Assembly (NCBI GenBank): GCA_030390025.1
Contig: CM059432.1
Coordinates: forward strand, 144,028,001-144,092,000
Direction: 5' to 3'
From: Squalus acanthias
Taxonomy: Eukaryota
Length of the DNA stretch: 64,000 bases
Position 1 is the first letter of the stretch. Each line of letters begins with the position of its first letter. The position numbers and the translations under genes are program-made. The notes below the pieces were generated by a model. It saw only the letters and a program-made list of their open reading frames with translations. It did no database searches and was not told the DNA's origin. Positions 1-10,645 of this stretch are shown here, piece by piece.

Positions 1-165
1 GAAGCGCACAGATAATTTGCGCACAGCAAGCTCCAACAGCGATGTTTTAGTGATGTTGGTTGAGGGATAAATATTGGCCCCAGGACACCGGAGAGAACTC
101 CCCTGCTCTTCTTCAAAATAGTGCCATGGGATCTTTTACATCCACCTGAGAGGGCAGACTTGGTT
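1..165 (-). mobile_element. DeuSINE (SacSINE1/AmnSINE1-like) fragment
   Basis: Reverse complement of the Deu-domain sequence seen in full at 26654-27113 (cagcaagctcc...ctcttcttcaaaatagtgccatgggatcttttacatccacctgag). Confidence 0.75.
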
Positions 166-169
166 TAAG

Positions 170-558
170 TTGTTCTTATTTTCAACTCCCTCCATGACCT
201 CGCCCCTCCCTATCTCTGTAACCTCCTCCAGCCCTACAATCCTCCGAGATCTCTGCATTCCTCCAATTCTGGCCTCTTGAGCATCCCCAATTTTCATCGC
301 TTCACCATTGGTGGCCGTGCCATCAGCTGCCCAGGTCCTAGGCTCTGGAATTCCCTCCCTAAACCTCTCCGCCTCTCTACCTCTCTTTCCTCCCTTTTAG
401 ACGCTCCTTAAAACCTACCTACCTCTTTTTTTGGTCATCTGTCCTAATATCTCTTTATGTGGCTCGGTGTCAAATTTTGTTTGATAACACTCCTGTGAAG
501 TACCTTGGGACGTTTTACTATGTTAGAGCTGCTATATAAATGCAAGTTGTTGTTGTTG
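170..558 (+). mobile_element. L2-clade LINE 3' end
   Basis: Ends in ...gctatataaatgcaag(ttg)n; same sequence as the copies at 27745-28560, 34525-34935 and 52350-52980, and the same family as the RT-coding piece at 35207-36480. Confidence 0.75.
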
Positions 559-744
559 TAAACACAGCCATCATTTTACACACAGCAAGGATACCACAGA
601 CAGCAAATCAGACGAGTGGCCAGTCAATGTTTCTTTTGGTAGTTGAGGGAGGAATATTGGCCAGGATACTGGGAGAACTCCCTGCTTTCTTTTGAAATAG
701 GACCACAGGAGCTTCTAAATAAAATTGAATAGTAATTCAGTGAA

Positions 745-940
745 CCTTGCTGAGACCACACTTGGAGCACTCTGCACAGTTCTGGTCTCCATATTATAAA
801 AAGGATATAGAAGCAGTGGAAAAAGTGCAAAAAGGATTTATTAGGATGTTACCAGAACTGAGAGGGTACAGCTATCAGGAAAGACTGAACAGGCTTGGAC
901 ACTTTTCTCTAGAAAAGAGAAGGCTGAGGGGTGACCTCAT
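745..940 (+). mobile_element. Older CR1 LINE fragment, left half (host of the full-length CR1 insertion; continues at 7590)
   Basis: ORF 747-950 reads RPHLEHSAQFWSPYYKKDIEAVEKVQ...RRLRGDLI (CR1 ORF2 C-terminus). It is interrupted at ggtgacctcata and resumes at aatagaggtctttaaaatt at about 7588. Confidence 0.85.
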
Positions 941-1028
941 AAGAACATAAGAAATAACAGCAGGAGTAGACCATACTGCCCTTCGAGCCTGCTCCGCCAT
1001 TCAATAAGATCATGGCTGATCATCGACC

Positions 1029-4000
1029 TCAACTCCACTTTCCCGCCCAATCTCCATATCCCTTGATTCCCCTAGAGTCCAAAAATCTAGCGATCTCAGC
1101 CTTGAATATACTCAAAGACTCAGCCTTCACAGCCCTCTGGGGCAGAGAATTCCAAAGATTCACAACCCTCTGAGTGAAGAAATTCCTCCTCATCTCAGTC
1201 TTAAATGGCCTACCCCTTATCCTGAGACTATGCTCCCTAGTTCTAGACACTCCAGCCAGGGGAACCAACCTCTCAGCATCTACCCTGTCAATCCCCTTCA
1301 GAATCTTGTATGTTTCAATGAGATCACCTCTCATTCTTCTAAACTCCAGAGAACATAGGCCCATTCTACACAATCTCTCATCATAGGACAGCCCTCTCAT
1401 CCCAGGAATCAATCTAGTGAACCTTCGTTGCACCGCCTCCAAGGCAAGTATATCCTTCTTTAGATAAGGAGACCAGAACTGTGCACAGTACTCCAGGTGT
1501 GGTCTCACCAAGGCCCTGTACAATTGTAGTAAGACTTCCTTACTCTTATACTCCAACCCCCTTGCAATAAAGGCCAACATGCCATTTGCCTTCCTTATTG
1601 CTTGCTGTACCTGCATGCTAGCTTTCTGTGTTTCTTGCACGAGGACACCCAAATCTCTCTGAACACCAACATTTGAAAGTTTCTCACCATTTAAAAAATA
1701 TTCTGTTTTTCTATTCTTCTTACAAAGTGAATAACCTCACATTTCCCTACATTATACTCCATCTGCCACCTTACTGCCCACTCACTTAGTCTATCTATAT
1801 CCCTTTGCAGACTCTTTGGGCTGGATTTTCAATGACCCGTGGAGTCGGGTTTGGAGGCGGTGGGGGGGGGGTTAAAGTTGCAGATTCGGGGGTCCCGACC
1901 CCATCCCGCCTCCAACCTGCCTCCATGCCAATTTCGCTGGCGGCGGGTACCCGACCTGTGCTGAGACCCGACTCCCCGAGGCGGGAAGGGATTAGTGACA
2001 GTTTTTTGGATAATCCCTATTTTGACAGGTGAAATGTGGGCTTCCCGACAGGTGGCTACCACGCCAAGTTATCGGGGCGGACCGTGGGTCTGCAGGGGTT
2101 GGAGGGGTCGATATGTCCGGTGGGCAGGTGAGTGATGGGTGCATGTGTGCAGAGGTAAGTGTGTAAGGTAAGTGCTAAGTGTGGGAAAAAGTTTTACTTA
2201 CCTTAACTTCCTCCTGCAGGTGTCAGCCCTTCAGTTCTCGGGAGTCAGAAATCTCACCGGCACAGAAAGCAGAAAAGCCGTGGTCCTGTCAAAAACTGCA
2301 GCCTTCTGTTTTCTGTGGTGGAATGATTTCTAACTCAGCCTGAGAGGAAGGACTGAAGTTAGAAATCATATTGTCAGTGTTTGACAGCTTCACAGAGCTG
2401 TCAAACGCTGATATTTCATCTGTCAAAAGCTCTTGACAGATGAAATGTCAATCTGTGATGTCACCTGTTGCCGGGTGGCCCTTAATTGGCCTGCTGAGCC
2501 CACTGGGCGGGCTCAACAAGGTCAATCAAGGGAAAATACAGTGGGTTGGCCACATCTCGATGGAGGCGGGTTTACAAGCCAGAATGTGTGATTCACGACC
2601 CCAACCCGACCCCAGATTCAAAATCCAGCCCTTTGTGTTCTCCTCACAGCTCACTGTCCCACCTAGCTTTGTATCATCAGCAAACTTGGATACATTACAC
2701 TCAGTCCCTTCATCTAGGTCATTAATATAGATTGTAAATAGCTGAGGCCCCAACACTGATCCTTGCGGCACCCCACTAGTTACTACCTGCCAACCTGAAA
2801 AAGATCCGTTTATCCCTACTCTCTGTTTTCTGTCCATTAACCAATCCTCTATCCATGCTGCTATATTACCCCCAACCCCATGAGCCCTAATCTTGTGTAA
2901 TAACCTTTTATGTGGCACCTTATCGAATGCCTTTTGGAAATCCAAATACACTACATCCACTGGTTCCCCTTTATCTACCCTGCAAGTTACATCCTCAAAA
3001 AACTCTAATAAATTTGTCAAACACGATTCCCCTTTCATAAAACCATGTTGACTGTGCCTAATCATGTTGTGATTTTCTAAGTGACTTGATACCACTTCCT
3101 TAACAATGGATTCCAGCATTTTCCCGATGACTGATGTCAGGCTAACTGGCCTGTAGTTCCCTGTTTTTTCTTTCCTTCCTTTCTTGAATAGCAGTGTTAC
3201 ATTGCAACCTTCCAATCCGTTGTGGCCATTCCAGAATCTAGGGAATTTTGGAAGCTCAAAATCAATGCATCCACTATCTCTTCAGCCACCTCTTTTAGAA
3301 CCCTAGGATGTAGGCCGTCAGGTCCAGGGGATTTGTTGGCTTTTAGTCCCATTAGTTTCTCTCGTACTTTTTCTGTACTTATATTAATTGCGTTAAGTTC
3401 CTCACCCTCATTAGACCCTTGGTTCCCTACCATTTTTGGTATGGTTTTTGTGTCTTCTACTGTGAAGACAGATACAAAATATTTGTTTAACATTTCTGCC
3501 ATTTCCTTATTCCCCACAATAATTTCCCCTGTCTCAGCCTCTAAGGGACCAACGTTTACTTTTGCTACTCTTTTCCTTTTTACATACTTGTAGAAACTCT
3601 TACAATCTGCTTTTATATTTCTTGCTAGTTTTCTCTCATTCTATTTTTTCCCTTTTAATCAATTTTTTGGTCATCATTTGCTGGTTTCTGAAACTCACCC
3701 AATCCTCAGGCTTACTATTATTATTTGCAACATTATAAGCTTCTTCTTTCAATCTAATGCTATCCTTAACTTCTTTAGTTAGCCATGGTTGGATCACTTT
3801 TCCCATGGAGTTTTTGTTTCTCAATGGAATGCATTTTTGATGAGAATTATGAAATATTTCTTTAAATGCTAGCCACTGCTTATCTACTGCCATACCTTTT
3901 AATCTATTTTTCCAATTTGCCTTAGCCAACTCACCCCTCATACCTATGTAATTGGCTTTATTTAAGTTTAAGACTCTAGTTTCAGACTTAGGCAAGTCAC

Positions 4001-4700
4001 TCTCAAAATTAATGTGAAATTTTATCATATTATGATCACTCTGCCTCAGAGGATCCTTTGCTATGAGATTGCTAATTAACCCTGTCTCATTACTCAATAC
4101 AGGATCTAAAATAGCCTGTTCCCTGGTTGGTTCCATGACATATTGTTCTAGGAAACTGTCCCAAATGCAATCCATGAACTCGTCCTCCAGACTACCTTTG
4201 CCAATTTGATTTGTCCAGTCTATATGAAGATGAAAGTCCCCCAAGATTATTGCATTACCTTTGTTGCAAGCTCCTACTATTTCTTGATTAATATCCTGTC
4301 CAATGGTATAGCTACTGTTAGGGGGCCTATGTACTACTCCTACCGGTGTTTTCTGCCTCTTGTTATTCCTTATCTCCACCCATACAGATTCTACTTCCTG
4401 GTCTTCCGAGCCGAGATCCTTTCTCGCTACTGTCCTTATGTCATCCTTTATTTTCAGGGCTACTCCCCCTCCTTTTCCATTCTGCCTGTCTTTTCAAAAC
4501 GTCAAGTACCCTGGAACATTTAGTTCCCAACCTTGGCCACCTTGCAACCACATCTCCGTAATGGCTATTAGATCAAACCCATTTATCTCTATTTGTGCCA
4601 CTAGTTTGTCTATCTTGTTACAAATGCTTCGTGCATTCAGATAAAGAGACTTTAATTTAAATTTTTTACCATTATTCCCTGCTTTGACCTTATTCTCTGC
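1029..4700 (-). pseudogene. CR1 ORF2 (APE endonuclease + reverse transcriptase), frameshifted and split by a MITE
   Basis: Endonuclease motifs LYLNARSI..K, IAITEMWL, IILGDF, SDHN; RT motifs [36 protein letters not shown]-terminal RPHLEYCAQFWSP. Spread over ORFs 4494-4760, 3636-4379, 3197-3517, 2526-3215 and 1029-1652. Confidence 0.92.
1818..2631. mobile_element. Non-autonomous PIF/Harbinger-type MITE inserted in the CR1 RT domain
   Basis: TIR gggctggatttt (1818-1829) / aaaatccagccc (2620-2631); 3-bp TSD TTT at 1815-1817 and 2632-2634; removing it rejoins the CR1 sequence gcagactc-ttt-gtgttctcc. Confidence 0.85.
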
Positions 4701-4839
4701 TGCACTGCTACCGTTCAACTCTCTGTCCCTTCCTGTCACACTCTGCTTATTTTTACCCAAATCGCTACACTGCTCTATTGCCTTGACCTTTCTCTTTAGA
4801 TTTCTAAATTTCCCCTCACCTGACCGCCCCCCTTTTTTT

Positions 4840-6237
4840 TTAGTTTAAAGCCCTATTTACAGCCCTAGTTATTCGATTTGCCAGGATGCTGGTCCCAGCC
4901 TGGTTTAAGTGGAGCCCGTCCCAACGGAACAGCTTCCTCTTTCCCCAGTACTGGTGCCAGTGCCCCATGAATTGAAACCCCATTTTCCCACACCACCCTT
5001 TGAGCCACGAATTTAACTCTCTGATCTGCTTGACCCTATGCCAATTTGCGCGTAGCTCAGGTAGTAATCCAGAGATTATTACCCTTCTGGTTCTTCTTAT
5101 TAATTTAGACCCTAGCTCCTCCAACTCCCTCAGCAGAACCTCATTCCTAGTTCTACCTATGTCGTTGGTTCCTACATGGACCACGACAACTGGATCCTGC
5201 CCCTCCCACTCCAAGTTCTTCTCCAGCCGCAAGGAGATATCCTTAACCCTGGCTCCGGGCAAGAAACACAGCCTTCGGATCTCTCTTTCGCGGCTGCAGA
5301 GAACAGTATCTATCCCCCTGACTATACTGTCCCCTACTACTACCACATTCCTTCCTTCTCCCCCCACTTGGATGGCCCCCTGTACCATGGTGCCGTGGTC
5401 AGTTTGCCCATCCTCCCTGCAGTCCTTTTCCTCATCCATAGGGCAACACGGTGGCATAGTGGTTAGCACTGGTGTCTCACAGCGCCAGGGACCCGGGTTC
5501 GAATCTGACCTCGGGTGACTGTCTGTGTGGAGTTTGCACATTCTCCCCGTGTCTGCGTGGGTTTCCTCCGGGTGCTCCGGTTTCCTCCCACAGTCCAAAA
5601 ATGTGCGGGTTAGGTTGATTTGGCTATGATAAATTGACCCTTAATGTTAGGGGGGTATTAAATATGTGGGGTTATGGGGATAGGATGGGATATGTTAGGG
5701 GGAATTAAATACGTGGGGTTACGGGGGTAGGGTGGGATATGTGTACTGTGGGGATTAAAGCAGGGATAGGGTACTGGATTTGGATGATCAGCCATGATCG
5801 TATTGAATGGTGGAGCAGGCTCGACGGGCCGAATGGCCTACTCCTGCTCCTAGATTCTATGTTTCTATGTTTCTATACAGGTAGAAAGTACCTCGTACCT
5901 GTTGGACAAGGTCCAGGGCTGAGGCTCCTCCATCACTACATCCTGGGTCCCCATACCTTCCTGACTCACAGTCACACCCTCCTGTCCCTGACCACTGACA
6001 AACTCTAAAGTACTACTTAACCTAAAGGATGTGACTGCCTCCTGGAACAAAGTGTCCAGGTTAACTCTCCCCCTCCCTGATGCATCGCAATGTCTGCAGC
6101 TCGTACTCCAGCTCAACAACTCTGAGCCAAAGTTCCTCGAGTTGCAGACACTTACAGCAGATGTGGTTGCTCGGGATCGCGATGCTCTCCACAGACTCCC
6201 ACATGCTGCAGTTACGACACACCACCTGCCCTGTCAT
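4840..6237 (-). pseudogene. CR1 ORF1 (N-terminal Cys zinc finger/coiled coil + SGNH esterase-like domain), disrupted
   Basis: ATG at 6237 gives MTGQVVCRNCSMWE...HICCKCLQLEELWLRVVELE; +1 frameshift near 6061; esterase-type motifs VVVGDSIVR, LPGA, VHVGTND, DGLHLN in ORF 4840-5598; SINE insertion at 5441-5874. Confidence 0.88.
5441..5874 (+). mobile_element. HE1-like V-SINE (tRNA head, V domain, CR1 tail)
   Basis: A box (tggcatagtgg) and B box (ggttcgaatc); V-domain gtctgtgtggagtttgcacattctccccgtgtctgcgtgggtttcctccgggtgctccggtttcctccc; CR1-type tail ending (tttctatg)n; short ata duplication at the junctions. Confidence 0.88.
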
Positions 6238-6494
6238 CTCTAACCTTGTTTTATTTACTTATTAATTAATTAGTTAAAGATTTTGTTCATTCGATATTTT
6301 AGGTTTATTCCTTGATTATTTTTTTCAGTTTAAGTTATTAATTTAATAAGTACTAGCAAGTTACAGTTTCTCAACTCTTAATTTAACCCCCTTCCCTAAC
6401 TTAGAGAGCAAAAAAGAGCAGTAATACTCACCAACCAATCACCTACCTGCTCTCCTGTGATGTCACTCTTTGATATTGTTTTTGAATCGGAGCC

Positions 6495-7590
6495 TCGCCG
6501 CTGCTGCTGCTTTAATTCAGCTCCGCTCTCGGGCCGCTCTTTATCCTCTCGCCGCTGCCGCTGCTTTAATTCAGGTCCGCTCTCGGGCCGCTCTTTATCC
6601 TCTCGCCGCTGTCGCTGCTTTAATTCAGGTCCGCTCTCGGGCCGCTCTTTATCCTCTCGCCGCTGCCGCTGCTTTAATTCAGGTCCGCTCTCGGGCCGCT
6701 CTTTATCCTCTCGCCGCTGCCGCTGCTTTAATTCAGGTCCGCTCTCGGGCCGCTCTTTATCCTCTCGCCGCTGTCGCTGCTTTAATTCAGGTCCGCTCTC
6801 GGGCCGCTCTTTATCCTCTCGCCGCTGCCGCTGCTTTAATTCAGGTCCGCTCTCGGGCCGCTCTTTATCCTCTCACCGCTGCCGCTGCTTTAATTCAGCT
6901 CCGCTCTCGGGCCGCTCTTTATCCTCTCGCCGCTGTCGCTGCTTTAATTCAGGTCCGCTCTCGGGCCGCTCTTTATCCTCTCGCCGCTGCCGCTGCTTTA
7001 ATTCAGCTCCGCTCTCGGGCCGCTCTTTACCCTCTCGCCGCTGTCGCTGCTTTAATTCAGCTCCGCTCTCGGGCCGCTCTTTATCCTCTCGCCGCTGCTT
7101 TAATTCAGGTCCGCTCTCGGGCCGCTCTTTATCCTCTCGCCGCTGCCGCTGCTTTAATTCAGCTCTGCTCTCGGGCCGCTCTTTATCCTCTCGCCGCTGC
7201 CGCTGCTTTAATTCAGCTCCGCTCTCGGGCCGCTCTTTATCCTCTCGCCGCTGCCGCTGCTTTAATTCAGCTCCGCTCTCGGGCCGCTCTTTATCCTCTC
7301 GCCGCTGTCGCTGCTTTAATTCATGTCCGCTCTCGGGCCGCTCTTTATCCTCTCGCTGCTGCCGCTGCTTTAATTCAGGTCCGCTCTCGGGCCGCTCTTT
7401 ATCCTCTCGCCGCTGCCGCTGCTTTAATTCAGCTCCGCTCTCGGGCCGCTCTTTATCCTCTCACCGCTGCCGCTGCTTTAATTCAGGTCCGCTCTCAGGC
7501 CGCTCTTTATCCTCTCACCGCTGCCGCTGCTTTAATTCAGGTCCGCTCTCGGGCCGCTCTTTATCCTCTCGCCGCTGCCGCTGCTTTAAT
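6495..7590 (-). repeat. 54-bp tandem array (~20 copies) forming the CR1 5' end
   Basis: Plus-strand unit cgccgctgccgctgctttaattcaggtccgctctcgggccgctctttatcctct (18-aa periodicity in the ORF track); highly homogeneous and CpG-rich. Confidence 0.95.
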
Positions 7591-7960
7591 AGAGGTCTTT
7601 AAAATTAGGAAGGGGTTTGATAAGGTATAAGGAGAGAAGATGTTTCCACTTGTGGCGAGTTCAAAACTGGGGACCATAAATAGAAGATAGTCACTAATAA
7701 ATCCAATAGGGAATTCAGGAGAAACTTCTTTCCCCAGAGAGTGGTTCGAATGTGGAACTCGCTACCACAGGGAGTAGTTGAGGCAAATCGCATTGATGTG
7801 TTTAAGGGGAAGCTCAATAAGTACATGAGGGAGAAAGGAATTGAAGGATATGCTGATAGGGTGAGATGAAGTAGGGTGGGAGGAGGCTCGTGTGGAGCAT
7901 AAACCCTGGGATGGACCAGTTGGACCGAATGGCCTGTTTCTGTGATGTAAATTCTATGTA
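7590..7960 (+). mobile_element. Older CR1 LINE 3' end, right half
   Basis: Continues the element broken at 940; aacttctttccccagagagtggtt...gaatggcctgtttctgtg...attctatgtaattct tail. Confidence 0.8.
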
Positions 7961-8339
7961 ATTCTCCAGGCAGAATGGAACTGGAGTTCAGGTGGCTTTC
8001 TGACCTTTCCTCATGCCTATGACTCCATGATGTCACTACCAAAGCACACGGCAGCGGGAGATTCACCGGTCCCTGGAATACCAAAGCCAGTCAGGAGGAC
8101 ACATCTTTATGGGTTAATTTAAAAAAGGCCTGCTTCAGCGGGTTTAGAAATCCATTTCTATTTCCTGTGTGAGCTGCTCCTGCAGTCTCCACTCTGTTAG
8201 ATTATTTTTGATTTGGGTTGATGACACTGGGGCAACCCAGTCATCCTGATTGGTTATTTAAGAAGAGTAGAGAACGAGAAGGAGAAGAAGAACTTCCATT
8301 CAAGAGAAAGAGACAAACAAGCAACTATAATAAATGACA

Positions 8340-9155
8340 TCAAGCACAGAAACAGGCCATTCGGCCCAAGCTGGTGTTTATGCTCCACTCGAGCCTCCTC
8401 CCACCCCTCTTCATCTAACCTATCCTTCTATTCCTTTTACCCTCATGTGTTTGTCTAGTTTCCCCTTAAATGTATCTATGCTATTCACCTCAACCACTCC
8501 ATTTTTTAAAATTCATTCACAGGATGTGGGCATTGCTGGCATTTATTGACCTATTGGTGGTATTGAGCCACCTTATACAACTGAGTGGCTTGCTAGGCCA
8601 TTTCAGCAGAGGGCAGTTAGCAGTCAACCACATTGCTGCAAGTCTAGAGTCACATATCGGCCAGACCGAGTAAGGACGGCAGATTTCCTTCTCTAAAGGA
8701 CATTAGTGAACCAGATGGGTTTTTACGACAATCCGGTAGTTTCATGGTCACCATACTAGCTTTTTATTCCAGATTTATTTTTATTAACTGAATTTAAATT
8801 CCTCAGCTGCTGTGGTGGGATTTGAACTCATGTCTTTGGATCATTAGTCTAGGCCTCTGGATTGCTATTCCAGTGACATAGCCGCTATGCTACCGTACCC
8901 AATATGATGTGGTAGCGAGTTCCACATTCTCACCACTCTCTGGGTAAAGAAGTTTCTCCCGAATTCCCTATTGAACTTATTAGTGACTATCTTATATTTA
9001 TGGCCCGTGGTTCTGGTCTCCCCCCTCAAGTGGAAATATCTTCTCTTTGTCTATCCTATCAAACCCTTTCATATTCTTTAAGACCTCTATCAGGTAGCCC
9101 CTCAGCCTTCTTTTTTCTAGAGTAAAGAGCCCCGGCCTGTTTAGTCTTTCCTGAT
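8340..9155 (-). mobile_element. CR1 3' fragment split by a SINE insertion
   Basis: 8340-8500 and about 8905-9155 are consecutive reverse-complement pieces of the 7590-7960 family. Confidence 0.7.
8501..8903 (-). mobile_element. tRNA-like SINE sharing its 3' tail with the LINE at 13925-15690
   Basis: Minus-strand head ggtagcatagcgg...gagttcaaatccc (A/B-box like); tail ...ccagcaatgcccacatcctgtgaatgaattttaaaaaa. Related copies at about 18660-19290, 32450-34220, 57780-57990 and 59050-59220. Confidence 0.65.
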
Positions 9156-10404
9156 ACAGACCTAAAACCCCAGACAGGCACTATGGGAACTTGCAGCTGA
9201 AGGCAACAGAAAGGAAGCTTTTAAGAGTCTGACTTGAAATCCACTTCCCAATGGATATGAACACAACACCAAACTGCCTGTAATTAAGCACTAACTGGAC
9301 AATGACAGTCATAGGCCGTGAGAGTGAGTGGGTGCTTAAAATGGAACTGCTTCACTGGGCAGTACGAGTGCTGTGCTAGAGGTACAGACCATTGCAGCAG
9401 AAGACTATACTTTGGTTAATGGAGCACAGTTTATGTGGTTGTGAAGTGTTTCAGCTCCACAGTGATGCAAAATGTGTCGTGTGATCCCTGCTGTGAGTCG
9501 AGATTTTGGTACCAGGTGTGAAGACTGTGCTGAGGAGTTCGTCTCTCACTCTTTCAGATTTTCACTAACTGCAACTTAACACCAGTACGACTGCAAAGTC
9601 AACTTTTATAAAACTAAAACCTAGGTTCCCATCACTCAGAAATGGACACATTGGATGGGTGAAAGTTGAAAAAGCATCAAAAAAGGAAAGAAAGCCGTCG
9701 AAATTCCTCCCGATTCTATTAACAGATCCCAGGCACTGTCTGATAATGCAGAAGGATACAAGATCACAGAAGAAGTGATAGCTAGAAACTCCGAAAAGAC
9801 AGCTTGGACAAGTTATTTGGAGACTCTGGGTGTAGGGGACTTTGCTTAGGAAAGTGGATAACAATGTGTGTTGGCGGCTATCTGGAGCTAGAGCAGTAAA
9901 AGAAAACTTGCATTTCTGTCGTGCCTTTCACAACCTCGAGACGAGACTTTACAGCCAATGAAGTACTTTTGAAGTGTCGTCGGCGATCATCAGAGGACAT
10001 TACAGCCACTGACCATGTCCCCTTTAAAAGTTATTACAAATCTGTTTGCGAGTTTCTAGTTTGAGCCTTCGAAAGGTCTCCCCCCCCCCCAAAAAAAACC
10101 CATCTTGTTGAAAAGAAAAAAAGAAAAAGGACACTTCTGGGCCTTCGCGTCACTCGGGCTGTCGAGCTTTTATCTCTTTTTTTCTTGGATGAAGTTTTTC
10201 TCCTGGGGTTTTTTGTTTCTGCCTCTTTGGTTGAATGCTGTGAAAATTCATGAATACATTTATAACAACTAAAATCTCGATAAATATTTAATCGCAGCGT
10301 CAAAAACAGAGAATTGCTGAAGTTCCAATTTGGAGTGAGATCTTGAGTTTTTAAGGACTTCTCCCCCAGGTGAACACATGGGTATCTTAAATATACCAAG
10401 CAGT

Positions 10405-10645
10405 AATAACTATCAGGAAAGATTGAACAGGCTGGGGCTCCATTCTCTCGAAAACAGAAGGCTGAGGGGTGACCTGACAGAGGTCTTTACAGTTATGAAG
10501 GAGTTTGACAGGGTAGAGTTAGAGAAGACGTTTTAACTTGTGGGGGAGATCAAAACTGGGGTCCATAAATATAAGATAGTCACTAATAAAACCAATAGGG
10601 AATTCAGAAGATTCGTATTTACCCAGAGAGTGGTGAGAATGTGAC
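10405..10645 (+). mobile_element. CR1 ORF2 C-terminal fragment
   Basis: aactatcaggaaagattgaacaggctgggg...aggctgaggggtgacctg matches 870-940 and 7590-7750. Confidence 0.75.

Larger units (their letters stand above)
940..7590 (-). mobile_element. Apparently full-length, degenerate CR1 (HER1-like) LINE: 5' monomer array, 5'UTR, ORF1, ORF2, 3' (TTCTTATG)n-like tail
   Basis: Colinear ORF1, EN, RT and C-terminal pieces; tail aagaacataagaaata at 940-956; both ends abut the two halves of an older plus-strand CR1. Confidence 0.9.

Noticed and set aside
5441..5515. tRNA gene
   Set aside because: The A/B boxes belong to a SINE head followed by V domain and LINE tail; the same applies to the DeuSINE heads.
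6457..7630. 381/386-aa repetitive ORFs (Ala-rich, antifreeze-like look)
   Set aside because: They are the 54-bp array read antisense to the CR1; starts are non-ATG or fortuitous and there is no gene context.
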